Shown piece by piece: positions 10,242 to 20,376 of a stretch of DNA of 34,277 nt. The stretch lies in the NCBI GenBank assembly GCA_037128905.1, contig JBAXVU010000001.1, positions 1-34,277 on the forward strand, in the 5' to 3' direction. Under the pieces are notes generated by a model. It was not told the origin of the DNA. It worked only from the letters and a program-made list of their open reading frames with translations, and made no database searches. A program made the position numbers and the translations under genes. The DNA is from Pseudomonadota bacterium (GTDB lineage: Bacteria > Pseudomonadota > Alphaproteobacteria > Pelagibacterales > Pelagibacteraceae). How positions within the stretch are numbered: position 1 is the stretch's first letter; each line of letters opens with the position of its first letter.

Positions 10242-10810
10242 TTTATTTTTATGAAATTTTTAAAAATTATATTTCCAAAACTAGTCTTAATACTTTCAGG
10301 ATGAAATTGAATACCATAAAGATCATATTGTTTATGATTTATTCCCATAATAACATTATCGCTTGTTTCAGCGGAAATTTCAAACTCATCGCTTAGCGTT
10401 TTATTCTCAATTACTAAACTATGATATCGTGTAGCAAAAAAATTTTTGGGAATTTTTTTAAATAATTTTTTTCCGTTATGTATAATTTTACTTAATTTTC
10501 CATGCATTATAACTTTTGCTCTCTTGATCGTTGCTCCAAAAGCGGAACCAATAATCTGATGTCCAAGACAAATTCCTAATATAGGTACTGTTTTATAAAA
10601 TCTTTTAACCAAATCTATGCATATACCTGAGTTATTTGGATGTCCTGGTCCAGGAGATATTACTATTTTAGAAAAATTTTTTTTTTTAATTTGCTCTAAA
10701 GAAATTTTATCATTTCTATAAACCTCAACTTTAACGCCTAGTTCAGAAAGGGAATGAAAAATATTATATGTAAAGCTATCGTAATTATCTATTAAGAGTA
10801 TTTTTTTCAT
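10238..10810 (-). CDS. trpG: Anthranilate synthase component II (glutamine amidotransferase)
   Basis: IDNYDSFTYN, SPGPG, GICLGHQ, RYHSL, QFHPES. Confidence 0.96.
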   Translation of the reverse strand: MKKILLIDNYDSFTYNIFHSLSELGVKVEVYRNDKISLEQIKKKNFSKIVISPGPGHPNNSGICIDLVKRFYKTVPILGICLGHQIIGSAFGATIKRAKVIMHGKLSKIIHNGKKLFKKIPKNFFATRYHSLVIENKTLSDEFEISAETSDNVIMGINHKQYDLYGIQFHPESIKTSFGNIIFKNFIKIK

Positions 10811-12271
10811 TTATTTAGCAGCCTCAAATAATGCTTTTGCTTTATTAATGGTTTCTTTATATTCATTTAAAGGAATACTATCAGCTACGATTCCAGCACC
10901 TGACTGCACATAGATTTTGTTATCAATAATTAAAGCAGTTCTTAGTGCAATGCATGTGTCCATTTCTTTATTAGGTGTAAAATATCCAACTCCACCAGCG
11001 TATAGTTTTCTTTTCGATAACTCTAAGTCATCAATAATTTCCATAGCTCTTATTTTTGGTGCTCCAGACACTGTGCCTGCAGGAAAGCCAGCAAACAATG
11101 TATCTAATAATGTATTTTTATTGTCAAAATCACCAACCACATTTGAGACTATATGCATAACGTGAGAATATTTTTCAATTTTAAATTTTTGATCAACTTT
11201 GACTGTGCCAATTTTAGAAACTTTACCAACATCATTACGACCCAAATCTAAAAGCATAAGATGTTCGGAAATTTCCTTCTTATCATTTAAGAGTTCTTTT
11301 TTAAATCTTAGATCTTCTTTAAAATTTTTACCCCTAGGTCTAGTTCCGGCTATTGGTCTTATTGTAATCTTATTATTTCTTACTCTTACTAAAATTTCAG
11401 GACTGCTGCCCGCTATTTGAAAATTATTAAAATTAAAAAAAAACATAAAAGGAGATGGGTTTAATATTCTAAGTTTTTTATAAAAATTAATTGGGGATTT
11501 ATTTAGTTTACTTTCAAATCTTTGACTTAGAACAACTTGAAATATTTCTCCATTGTTTATTAATTTTTTTGCTTTTAACACAGAATTTAAAAAATTATTT
11601 TTAGTAATATTGCTTTTAATTATATTTTTTTTTCCTGCTTTTATTAGAGTATCTTTAGAGTGCGATAAATTATTAATTTGATGAGCAAATTTTCTTATCT
11701 CATTGCACTTATATAAATATAAGTTTTTTAAATTATTTTTTTTTTTATCAAAAATATTTTGTATAAAGAATATTTTCTTTTTCTCATTGTCGTAAATTAT
11801 AATAATTTGAGGACGTATTAACTTTAGGTCTGGTATTCTTAAATCGTTTTTACATTTATTTGATATTTTTTCTTTAAATCTAATAATGTCATAACCTAAG
11901 TAGCCAGCTAACATTGCTGACATTAGTGGTAACTTTTTAGATGTTTTAAAATTAAAATTTTTGATTAAATTATTTAGATAACTGTATGGATTTTTTTGGG
12001 TAAATTTTTTTACTTTGTTGTTTAATATATGCGTTATCTGACTATTATTAACCTCAATAGTAAGATCCGGGTTGAAACCAAAAATTGTGTATCGACCTCG
12101 AATTTTAACTTTTTCTACAGATTCAAATACAAAACTATTTTTGTATAAGGATACCAATTCTAGTAAGTTATCTATAGTTGACGTATTGCTGACTTTTTCA
12201 GAGGTGTAAATTTGCGAGAAATTATTTTTTTTTAAATTATTTTTAAATTCAGCATAACTAGAAAAAATCAT
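10811..12271 (-). CDS. trpE: Anthranilate synthase component I
   Basis: NPSPFM, SSPE, RPIAGTRPRG, EHLMLLDLGRND, FPAGTVSGAPK, QSGAGIV. Confidence 0.96.
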   Translation of the reverse strand: MIFSSYAEFKNNLKKNNFSQIYTSEKVSNTSTIDNLLELVSLYKNSFVFESVEKVKIRGRYTIFGFNPDLTIEVNNSQITHILNNKVKKFTQKNPYSYLNNLIKNFNFKTSKKLPLMSAMLAGYLGYDIIRFKEKISNKCKNDLRIPDLKLIRPQIIIIYDNEKKKIFFIQNIFDKKKNNLKNLYLYKCNEIRKFAHQINNLSHSKDTLIKAGKKNIIKSNITKNNFLNSVLKAKKLINNGEIFQVVLSQRFESKLNKSPINFYKKLRILNPSPFMFFFNFNNFQIAGSSPEILVRVRNNKITIRPIAGTRPRGKNFKEDLRFKKELLNDKKEISEHLMLLDLGRNDVGKVSKIGTVKVDQKFKIEKYSHVMHIVSNVVGDFDNKNTLLDTLFAGFPAGTVSGAPKIRAMEIIDDLELSKRKLYAGGVGYFTPNKEMDTCIALRTALIIDNKIYVQSGAGIVADSIPLNEYKETINKAKALFEAAK

Positions 12272-12274
12272 TTT

Positions 12275-12901
12275 TTATATATTTTTGAGATAATCGTTTA
12301 ATTTTTTTTCATAAATTATAATTTTATAATCTTTGCTTAGATAACTTTCATAGAGAGAATTTATTTTATTTTTTAAAGAAGTTTCAGAAATTTTTTTATT
12401 AGCTGGAATATATCCAGAAACCGAATCTATAATTAATTTTTTTTTAAGATTCTTAGTTATTTGATCTTCAAGAATCTTAGAATTGATGTTCCTTTCAAGT
12501 AAAAATTTTTCATATTTAGTTCTTGAAAAATTTTGATTTTCCTTAAATTCAGGTGCATTTTTAATTTCAATAATTATTGTATCATCATTAATAATTACCC
12601 CAGATTTTTTTGTATGAATTTTTAAAAGTTTTTCAGACACAATATTAGAAATTGCAATTATATGAATATTTTTATCAATTGCAGATTTTTTTGTTGTGAT
12701 GTTATTTCCTCTCATTTGTTTGTCAAATTCTAATAAAAAATTATTAAAAGAAATTTCTTCACCGTTAATTTCCGCTATTGAATTACTGTAATTAGATCTA
12801 AAAAAATCATTTATTCCCCAGAATACAAAACTTAAAGCAATTAAGCCTATAAAGATTTTGGCTATTAAGGTTTCTGAAAATTTTCTTAAAGATGATAGCA
12901 T
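12275..12901 (-). CDS. ppiD: Shortened PpiD/SurA N-terminal-domain membrane-anchored chaperone
   Basis: N-terminal TM segment IALSFVFWGI, IAEINGEEIS, F..F...Y..FL; syntenic position between trpE and divergent tpiA; only 208 aa. Confidence 0.75.
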   Translation of the reverse strand: MLSSLRKFSETLIAKIFIGLIALSFVFWGINDFFRSNYSNSIAEINGEEISFNNFLLEFDKQMRGNNITTKKSAIDKNIHIIAISNIVSEKLLKIHTKKSGVIINDDTIIIEIKNAPEFKENQNFSRTKYEKFLLERNINSKILEDQITKNLKKKLIIDSVSGYIPANKKISETSLKNKINSLYESYLSKDYKIIIYEKKLNDYLKNI

Positions 12902-12947
12902 TTAATATTTCAAAAATGGTTTATTTTAGTTTAGATATAACTGATTT

Positions 12948-13706
12948 ATGTACAAAACTATATATTTCATTGCAAATTGGAAGATGCATGGAAATTACAA
13001 TTCCATTAAAGAAATAGAAAAAGTCGTTAGTTATTTAAAAAAAAAAACTACTCCTGGATTTAAAAAAATTATTTTTTGTCCACCATTAAATTTATTAGAT
13101 TTTTTCAAAAAAAAAATAACAAATAACTTAATAAGTTTTGGCGCTCAAGATATTAGTAAGATTAGTTTAAATTATGGCCCATATACAGGTCAGCTAAGTG
13201 GAAAAATGATAAAAGACACTGGAGCAAATTATGTAATTATTGGTCATTCAGAAAAAAGATTATTAGATGAGGACTTTACAACAATAAAACAAAAAATTAA
13301 CTCTGCTTTAAAAAGCAAACTTAAAGTTATTTTTTGCATAGGAGAAGATCTTTCAGAGAAAAAAAAAAGATTGTCATTAACAGTTTTGAAAAAACAAATT
13401 TCCCAATCTTTAGAAAAAAAAAATATTAATTTTAATAAGGTAATTATTGCATACGAACCAATTTGGTCTATTGGAACAGGTATTATTCCTACAAATGACT
13501 ATTTAATCAAAATTTTCACAGGTATTAAGATTTTTTTAAAAGATAAATATAAAGTCAAAAGTCCAATAATGCTTTATGGCGGTTCTGTTACATCAGATAA
13601 TGTTGCAAGTTTAGGTAATATTAGTTTAATATCAGGTTTTTTAATTGGAGGAGCTTCTTTAAAAAGCAAAAGCTTTATCAAAATTATAAAAAATTATTTT
13701 ATATAA
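12948..13706 (+). CDS. tpiA: Triosephosphate isomerase
   Basis: NWKM, IIGHSEKR, AYEPIWSIGTG, LYGGSV, LIGGASL. Confidence 0.97.
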   Translation: MYKTIYFIANWKMHGNYNSIKEIEKVVSYLKKKTTPGFKKIIFCPPLNLLDFFKKKITNNLISFGAQDISKISLNYGPYTGQLSGKMIKDTGANYVIIGHSEKRLLDEDFTTIKQKINSALKSKLKVIFCIGEDLSEKKKRLSLTVLKKQISQSLEKKNINFNKVIIAYEPIWSIGTGIIPTNDYLIKIFTGIKIFLKDKYKVKSPIMLYGGSVTSDNVASLGNISLISGFLIGGASLKSKSFIKIIKNYFI

Positions 13707-13709
13707 ATA

Positions 13710-14015
13710 ATGGAAACTTTTTTATTAATCGTTCATATAATTCTAGCAGTACTTTTAATTTCTTCTGTTTTGCTTCAAAAGTCAGACGGTGGAGCGCTTG
13801 GAATAGGAGGGGGTAGCGATAATTTGATGTCATCGAGATCTGCTGGAAATTTTTTAACCAAATTTACAGCTATAGTGGCTTTTTTATTTATTTTAACTAG
13901 CATCTCATTGACACTCGTTAATAAAAAAGATGTTTCTAATAAATCTATTATTGATAAAATTGAAAAATTAGATAAAAATAGTAACTCTCAGCCTAAAATT
14001 CCTAGCTCAAAATAA
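13710..14015 (+). CDS. secG: Preprotein translocase subunit SecG
   Basis: Two TM helices flanking VLLQKSDGGALG..NFLTKFT; tpiA-secG-pyrG synteny. Confidence 0.95.
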   Translation: METFLLIVHIILAVLLISSVLLQKSDGGALGIGGGSDNLMSSRSAGNFLTKFTAIVAFLFILTSISLTLVNKKDVSNKSIIDKIEKLDKNSNSQPKIPSSK

Positions 14016-14034
14016 TTTAGTTTTACTATTTTCT

Positions 14035-14071
14035 TTGTGATTATTGTTAAATAATCTATAGTTTACTTCCA
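14035..14071 (+). promoter_or_regulatory. Putative sigma70 promoter of pyrG (TTGTGA-16 bp-TATAGT) giving a leaderless or near-leaderless mRNA
   Basis: -10-like TATAGT at 14057-14062 is followed by TTACTTCC and then the ATG at 14071; no Shine-Dalgarno sequence. Confidence 0.55.
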
Positions 14072-15705
14072 TGGTCCGTTTTATTTTTGTAACTGGCGGC
14101 GTGGTATCATCTCTTGGCAAAGGTATCGCTTCAGCTTCAATAGCAACATTATTACAATCTCGAGGATACAAAATAAGAATTAGAAAACTTGATCCGTATT
14201 TAAATATTGATCCTGGAACAATGAATCCCTATGAGCATGGAGAAGTTTATGTGACCGAAGATGGGGCTGAAACGGATTTAGACTTAGGACATTATGAAAG
14301 ATTTACAGGAATAAATTCAAAAAAGTCAGACAATATTACTACAGGTAAAATTTATCAAAATATAATTACCAAAGAAAGAAATGGAGATTATAAAGGAGCA
14401 ACCGTTCAAGTTATTCCCCACGTAACAGATGAAATAAAAAAATTTATTACTAGTGATTTAACCAACGAAGATTTTGTAATTTGCGAGATAGGAGGAACGG
14501 TAGGTGATATTGAGAGTTTGCCGTTTTTAGAAGCGATTAGGCAGTATTCAAATGAATCAAGAAATAAAAACTGCTTATTTATTCATTTAACTTTAGTTCC
14601 ATATATTAAAAGTGCCGCAGAATTAAAAACAAAGCCAACGCAACATTCTGTAAAAGAATTAAGAAGCATAGGTATTCAACCTGATATGATTTTATGTCGT
14701 TCTGAAAGTTTAATTCCTAGCGATGAAAAAGCTAAAATTGCTTTATTTTGTAATGTGGATAAATCAAACGTATTCCAATCTATTGACGTCAAATCAATTT
14801 ACGAAGTTCCCATTAAGTATCAAGAAGAAGGTCTAGATAAGAAAATATTAGATCATTTTGGAATAGTTAATAAAAAAATAGCAAATTTAGAGAATTGGAA
14901 AAAATTTAATAAAAAACTTAACTCTAAGAAAGAAAATGTTAAAATTTCTGTTGTTGGTAAATACACCCATTTAAAAGACGCTTATAAATCTTTAAACGAA
15001 GCCTTAATTCACGCTTCTGTATATAATAACGTTAATTTAGATCTAAATTGGATTGAATCTTCTGATATTAAAAATTTAAAAGATTTAGAATACAAATTAA
15101 AAGACTCAAATGGAATTTTAATACCGGGTGGTTTTGGAAGACGGGGAGTTGAAGGTAAAATTTTATCTATTTATTATGCAAGAACTAAAAAAATCCCATT
15201 TTTTGGTATTTGTTTCGGTATGCAAATATCAATTATTGAAGCCGCAAGAAATTTATTAGGATTAAAAAATTCAAATTCAACAGAGTTAGCAGATACTAAA
15301 AACCCTGTTGTCTGTCTAATGGAAGAATGGACTAAAGGAAGTAAAATTTTAAAAGGTGAAAAATATAAAATAGGTGGCTCTATGAGATTAGGCTCTTATC
15401 CAGCAAAGATAAAAAAAGATTCATTGCTTTATAAAATTTACGGAAATAAGACCTTAATTCATGAAAGACATAGGCATAGATATGAAGTAAATACTTCATA
15501 TAAATCAATGTTAGAAAAAAAAGGCGTTGTATTTTCAGCTAATTCCCCTGATGGAAAATTACCAGAAGCTATAGAGTTAAAAAATCATCCTTGGTTTTTA
15601 GGAGTTCAATTTCATCCTGAGTTAAAATCGAGACCATTTGAACCTCATAAAATATTTATCTCTTTTATTGAGGCAGCAATTAATAATAAAAATTTAAATT
15701 CATGA
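14071..15705 (+). CDS. pyrG: CTP synthase
   Basis: [52 protein letters not shown]. Confidence 0.99.
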   Translation: MVRFIFVTGGVVSSLGKGIASASIATLLQSRGYKIRIRKLDPYLNIDPGTMNPYEHGEVYVTEDGAETDLDLGHYERFTGINSKKSDNITTGKIYQNIITKERNGDYKGATVQVIPHVTDEIKKFITSDLTNEDFVICEIGGTVGDIESLPFLEAIRQYSNESRNKNCLFIHLTLVPYIKSAAELKTKPTQHSVKELRSIGIQPDMILCRSESLIPSDEKAKIALFCNVDKSNVFQSIDVKSIYEVPIKYQEEGLDKKILDHFGIVNKKIANLENWKKFNKKLNSKKENVKISVVGKYTHLKDAYKSLNEALIHASVYNNVNLDLNWIESSDIKNLKDLEYKLKDSNGILIPGGFGRRGVEGKILSIYYARTKKIPFFGICFGMQISIIEAARNLLGLKNSNSTELADTKNPVVCLMEEWTKGSKILKGEKYKIGGSMRLGSYPAKIKKDSLLYKIYGNKTLIHERHRHRYEVNTSYKSMLEKKGVVFSANSPDGKLPEAIELKNHPWFLGVQFHPELKSRPFEPHKIFISFIEAAINNKNLNS

Positions 15706-16529
15706 AAAATAAAGTTGTTAAAATTAAAAAAATTAAATTAGGAAATGATCTTCCCCTAACTTTAATTGCTGGCCCATGCCAAATTGAAAGTAAAGATCAT
15801 TGTTATATGATTGCTTCAAAAATTAAAGAGATTACAACTAAATTGAATATAGGATTCATATTCAAAAGTTCTTTTGATAAAGCAAATAGAACAAGTCTAA
15901 AATCTGAGAGAGGAATTGGCTTAGATAAATCTTTATCTATATTTGAATATATTGCTAAAGACTTAGACGTTCCTACTTTGACAGACGTTCACAATGAAGA
16001 GCAATGCAAAATAGTTTCTAAAATTGTAGATGTCATACAAATACCAGCTTTCTTGTGCCGACAAACAGATTTATTGGTTGCTGCAGCAAAAACAAATAAA
16101 GTTATCAATGTTAAAAAAGGTCAATTTTTAGCTCCATGGGATATGAAGAATGTAATTAAAAAAATCGAAGATAGTGGTAATGATAAAATTTTAATCACAG
16201 AAAGAGGTGTTAGTTTTGGCTATAACACACTAGTCTCAGATATGCGTTCATTACCAATTTTATCTGAATTTGGTTATCCAGTAGTTTATGACGCCACTCA
16301 TTCTGTACAGCAACCAGGAGGAAAAGGAGATAGTAGCGGTGGTGAAAGACAATTTGTAAGTTCTTTATCAAGAGCTGCTGTCGCTGTTGGAATTTCTACA
16401 ATTTTTTTAGAAACGCATGATAATCCTGACAAAGCACCTTCTGATGGAGCAAATATGATACCTTTAAATAGCTTAGAAAGTTTGCTTAAAAATTTAATCG
16501 CGATTGATAAAATAATTAAATCGAAATAG
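15702..16529 (+). CDS. kdsA: KDO 8-phosphate synthase
   Basis: [42 protein letters not shown]. Confidence 0.98.
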   Translation: MKNKVVKIKKIKLGNDLPLTLIAGPCQIESKDHCYMIASKIKEITTKLNIGFIFKSSFDKANRTSLKSERGIGLDKSLSIFEYIAKDLDVPTLTDVHNEEQCKIVSKIVDVIQIPAFLCRQTDLLVAAAKTNKVINVKKGQFLAPWDMKNVIKKIEDSGNDKILITERGVSFGYNTLVSDMRSLPILSEFGYPVVYDATHSVQQPGGKGDSSGGERQFVSSLSRAAVAVGISTIFLETHDNPDKAPSDGANMIPLNSLESLLKNLIAIDKIIKSK

Positions 16530-16534
16530 AGACA

Positions 16535-17794
16535 ATGCCTGTTATTAAATCAACAAAAGCAAGACAGGTTTTTGATAGCAGAGGTTTTCCAACCGTCGAG
16601 GCAGAAGTAATGTTATCCGATGGTTCTATAGGTCAATCGATAGTTCCCTCAGGCGCTTCAACAGGATCATACGAAGCTCACGAACTTAGAGATAAAAGCA
16701 GCGAATATTTGAAAAAAGGAGTTTTGCACGCTGTAAAAAATATTAATTTAGAAATTAATAAAACAATTAAAAATATTTCAGTTTTTGATCAAAGAAAAAT
16801 AGACATGGATTTGATCAAGCTCGATGGTACTGAAAATAAAAAAAGATTAGGAGCTAATGCAATTTTGGCCGTTTCTATCGCAGCTGCCAAAGCAGCAGCT
16901 TTATCTAAAAAAGTCCCATTATATAAATACTTAGGTGCAGGCAAAAGAAATCAATTACCTTTCCCAATGTTAAATATAATCAATGGAGGAGCTCACGCAA
17001 ATAACTCACTTCAAATCCAAGAGTTTATGATTAGACCAGATGGAGCTAAATCATTTAAGGAATGTCTAAAGATGTCTTTTTTGGTTATTCAAAATTTAAA
17101 AGAAGAATTAAAGTTAAAAAATTTTAACACAAATCTTGGTGATGAAGGTGGATTTGCGCCTTCATTTGATAGTGATGAAAAGGCAATAGAATATATTATA
17201 AAAGCAGTTAAAAAATCTGGTCTAAAGATAGGCAGGGACATTAATATTTGCTTAGATGTTGCAGCTAACGAACTTTACACTTCAGGAAAATATAAAATTA
17301 AAGAAAATAAAAAACCAGTATCGTCTGATGAGTTAATTAATTATTATCAACAACTATGTAGTAAATTTCCAATTGTTTCTATTGAAGATCCAGTTTTTGA
17401 AGATGACTGGAGTGTTTGGAAAGAATTAACTAAAAAATTGGGAAAAAAAGTTCAAATTGTTGGTGATGATTTATTTGTTACAAATTTGATACGTCTAAAA
17501 AAGGGTGTCTCCGAATTAGCTGCTAATGCAATTTTGATTAAACCGAATCAAATTGGTACCGTTACAGAAACTTTAGATGTTATTAATTATGCAAAAAAAA
17601 ATGATTTTAACACAATCATTTCTCATCGATCAGGAGATAGCGAGGATACATTTATTGCCGATTTAGCAGTAGCCACTGGATCTTCTCAAATTAAAACAGG
17701 ATCTTTGGCTAGATCTGAAAGAGTAGCTAAATATAATAGATTATTGAGAATAGAAGAAGAATTAGGAAAATTTGCCCAAATGTCAAAATTATAA
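16535..17794 (+). CDS. eno: Enolase
   Basis: DSRGFPTVE, PSGASTG, GDEGGFAP, VGDDLFVTN, SHRSG, QIKTGS. Confidence 0.99.
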   Translation: MPVIKSTKARQVFDSRGFPTVEAEVMLSDGSIGQSIVPSGASTGSYEAHELRDKSSEYLKKGVLHAVKNINLEINKTIKNISVFDQRKIDMDLIKLDGTENKKRLGANAILAVSIAAAKAAALSKKVPLYKYLGAGKRNQLPFPMLNIINGGAHANNSLQIQEFMIRPDGAKSFKECLKMSFLVIQNLKEELKLKNFNTNLGDEGGFAPSFDSDEKAIEYIIKAVKKSGLKIGRDINICLDVAANELYTSGKYKIKENKKPVSSDELINYYQQLCSKFPIVSIEDPVFEDDWSVWKELTKKLGKKVQIVGDDLFVTNLIRLKKGVSELAANAILIKPNQIGTVTETLDVINYAKKNDFNTIISHRSGDSEDTFIADLAVATGSSQIKTGSLARSERVAKYNRLLRIEEELGKFAQMSKL

Positions 17795-18099
17795 TGAGCA
17801 ATTTAATAAATGCTATTTCCCAAAAAAAATATTTTTTTTTATTAATTTTAATATTTTTGTATATTTTTTTTAGCTTCTTTGGAGGAGACAGGGGTCTTAT
17901 TGAATATTTTAAAAAAAAGAGATTATTAAAAGATTTTGAAGAAAAAAATTTAGAAATTAAAAAAGAAATTTCTTCTCTAGCAAGAAAGAATGAATTTTTA
18001 TCGGTGAATATAAATAAAGATTACTTAGACGAGGTTTATAGAGATTATTTTATTTTGGGTAAAAAAGGCGAAAAAATTTATATTATTAAACAAAAATGA
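17794..18099 (+). CDS. ftsB: Septum formation initiator FtsB/DivIC family
   Basis: TM helix, then GGDRGL, coiled coil and DYLDE..R..GE; position after eno. Confidence 0.8.
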   Translation: MSNLINAISQKKYFFLLILIFLYIFFSFFGGDRGLIEYFKKKRLLKDFEEKNLEIKKEISSLARKNEFLSVNINKDYLDEVYRDYFILGKKGEKIYIIKQK

Positions 18100-19019
18100 C
18101 AGTTAGACATCCTGAAAAAGTAAATAATATTGAAAATCCAATTCCAAAAAAACCCTCATGGATTAGAGTTAAAGCAAGTTATTCTACTGAGTATCTTGAA
18201 ACTAAAAATATTTTAAAAAAAAATAATCTTTTTACAGTCTGCGAGGAAGCTTCTTGCCCAAATATTAACGAATGCTGGAGCAAGAAACATGCAACATTTA
18301 TGATTATGGGGGATACCTGCACTAGAGCATGTGCTTTTTGCAACGTTAAAACCGGAATTCCTCAAGCCCTAGATTTTTCTGAGCCTAAAAAAATAGCGCA
18401 AAGTGTTAAAGATCTGAATTTGCTACATGTCGTAATTACTTCTGTTGATAGAGACGATCTAGAAGATGGTGGCGCAAAGCACTTTGCGAATGTAATTTCC
18501 GAGATTAAAAAATTGAACACCAAAACAACAGTTGAAGTTTTGACGCCTGATTTTCTAAGAAAAGGGGATGTTTATAAAATTATTGTAGATTCCAAACCTG
18601 ATGTGTTTAATCATAATTTAGAAACAATTCCTCGTCTTTATTTAAAAGTAAGACCAGGATCTCGGTATTTTCAGTCTTTGGATTTGTTAAAAAAAGTTAA
18701 AGATTACGATTCCAAAATTTTTACTAAGTCTGGGTTAATGGTTGGGCTGGGTGAAACAAAGGAAGAGATTATGCAAGTCATGGATGATCTTAGAATAGCC
18801 GGAGTTGATTTTTTAACTATTGGTCAATATTTACAACCTAGCACCAAACATTACCCAATAAATAATTTTGTTACACCTGAAGAATTTGAAAATTATAAAT
18901 TGATAGCTGAAGGAAAAGGATTTTTATTAGTATCCTCGAGTCCGCTAACAAGGTCTTCATATCACGCATCAGAAGATTTTGATGCTTTAAAGAAAAAAAG
19001 AATTAATAGATTGATTTAA
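18096..19019 (+). CDS. lipA: Lipoyl synthase
   Basis: [12 protein letters not shown], radical-SAM [24 protein letters not shown]. Confidence 0.98.
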   Translation: MTVRHPEKVNNIENPIPKKPSWIRVKASYSTEYLETKNILKKNNLFTVCEEASCPNINECWSKKHATFMIMGDTCTRACAFCNVKTGIPQALDFSEPKKIAQSVKDLNLLHVVITSVDRDDLEDGGAKHFANVISEIKKLNTKTTVEVLTPDFLRKGDVYKIIVDSKPDVFNHNLETIPRLYLKVRPGSRYFQSLDLLKKVKDYDSKIFTKSGLMVGLGETKEEIMQVMDDLRIAGVDFLTIGQYLQPSTKHYPINNFVTPEEFENYKLIAEGKGFLLVSSSPLTRSSYHASEDFDALKKKRINRLI

Positions 19020-19020
19020 A

Positions 19021-19470
19021 TTGCCAGTTAAAAAAATTACAAAACAGTTTTGTTATTCTAAAAGTGATCTTATTGAGCTTGTTTTAAAAATTGATGATTA
19101 TAAATTTTTTTTGCCTTGGTGTGTTAATTCTAAGGTTTTGACAATTAATAAAGATAAAAAAAATTTAAACATTACAGCTGACTTAGAAATTGGCTATAAA
19201 TCTTTTAAAGAAACTTACACAAGTAAAGTTTTTTATGATTATGATAAATCTAAAATTGAAGTTACATGTTTAAAAGGCAATATAAAAAATTTATTAAATA
19301 TTTGGGAGTTTAAAGCAATTGATAAAAAAAATTGCAGTGTAGATTTTTTTATAGATATAGAATTAAAAAATCCAATTGTGAATATTTTATTTAATAAATT
19401 TTTCGATTATGGTTTTGATAAAATTTTAGATTCTTTTCAGCAAAGAGCAAAAGAAACTATAAAAGATTGA
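19021..19470 (+). CDS. ratA: RatA/Coq10-like START-domain (polyketide cyclase-like) protein
   Basis: V..IDDY..FLPWC, ADLEIGY, YTS.V, F..RA motifs; usual neighbour of lipA; TTG start. Confidence 0.8.
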   Translation: MPVKKITKQFCYSKSDLIELVLKIDDYKFFLPWCVNSKVLTINKDKKNLNITADLEIGYKSFKETYTSKVFYDYDKSKIEVTCLKGNIKNLLNIWEFKAIDKKNCSVDFFIDIELKNPIVNILFNKFFDYGFDKILDSFQQRAKETIKD

Positions 19471-19945
19471 TATTTTTTTTAATTATTTCGATAGTTTCAA
19501 TTAAAGTTTTTTTTTGGATATTTTCTCTTGATATTTTATTTTTAAAATTCAATTTAGTGATTACTGTTCCTTTTTTATTGCAACATCCTATATAAACAAG
19601 CCCTACTGGTTTGCTTTTAGTTCCACCCCCAGGTCCAGCAATACCAGTTATTGAAATAGCGATATTAGATTTGCTAATTTTTAATAAGTTTTCACACATT
19701 TCTTTACAAGTCTCAGCACTTACTGCGCCATTTTTATTTAAAGTTTTCCTTTTAACGTTAAGAATTTTTTTTTTAGAATAATTTGAGTATGAAACAATAC
19801 CCATATTAAAATATTCAGAGGCTCCTGGAGTTTTAGTTAAGTTAAAACTGATCAATCCACCAGTGCAAGATTCTGCAACAGAAATTTTAATTTTTTTTTT
19901 TTTTAAATTTTTAGCTAACTTTTTTAGTTCGTTATTTATATGCAT
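19457..19945 (-). CDS. cinA: CinA C-terminal domain / NMN deamidase (PncC) family
   Basis: AESCTGG, PGAS, GAVS, SITGIAGPGGG..KPVGLV. Confidence 0.92.
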   Translation of the reverse strand: MHINNELKKLAKNLKKKKIKISVAESCTGGLISFNLTKTPGASEYFNMGIVSYSNYSKKKILNVKRKTLNKNGAVSAETCKEMCENLLKISKSNIAISITGIAGPGGGTKSKPVGLVYIGCCNKKGTVITKLNFKNKISRENIQKKTLIETIEIIKKNINLL

Positions 19946-20376
19946 AAATAAATTATTAAAAATGTGTATATTCCAGCAATAACGTCATCCATTATAAGAC
20001 CAATAGAATTTTTAACTTTCTGATCAAAATAATTAGCAGGCCATGGTTTAGTAATATCGAATAAACGAAATAGTAAAAAAGATAATATTATTAAAAAAAA
20101 ATTATTTTCACAGATAATCAATGGGATTGATTGCCCTATAAATTCATCTATCACAATTTCTTTTGGATCTGATGAGGTAAATGATTTTTTTAATGTTTTA
20201 TCTAAAAAATACACAGAGTAAAAAAAAACTACAAAAACAAAACAGGCAAAGAAAAGAACATTAAGATAGCTATAAAATAAATAGTAAATTATTACTGTTA
20301 CTAAAGATCCAATAGTCCCCGGAATAGGCAGGTTGCCAATTCCGAAAAAAGTAAATATTTTTTTATTAAACTCAAT
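19936..20376 (-). CDS. pgpA: Phosphatidylglycerophosphatase A; true 5' end lies upstream of the called ORF
   Basis: DPKEIVIDE, FRLFDITKPWP, MDDVIAG. The frame stays open upstream through FFGIGNLPIPGTIGSL to about 20391 but has no ATG/GTG/TTG there. Confidence 0.9.
   Translation of the reverse strand: MEFNKKIFTFFGIGNLPIPGTIGSLVTVIIYYLFYSYLNVLFFACFVFVVFFYSVYFLDKTLKKSFTSSDPKEIVIDEFIGQSIPLIICENNFFLIILSFLLFRLFDITKPWPANYFDQKVKNSIGLIMDDVIAGIYTFLIIYLCI

Noticed and set aside
19021-19470. RatA-family gene as a toxin-antitoxin system
   Set aside because: No antitoxin (RatB/RnfH) partner; the lipA-adjacent Coq10-like gene is a core quinone-binding-type protein in Alphaproteobacteria.
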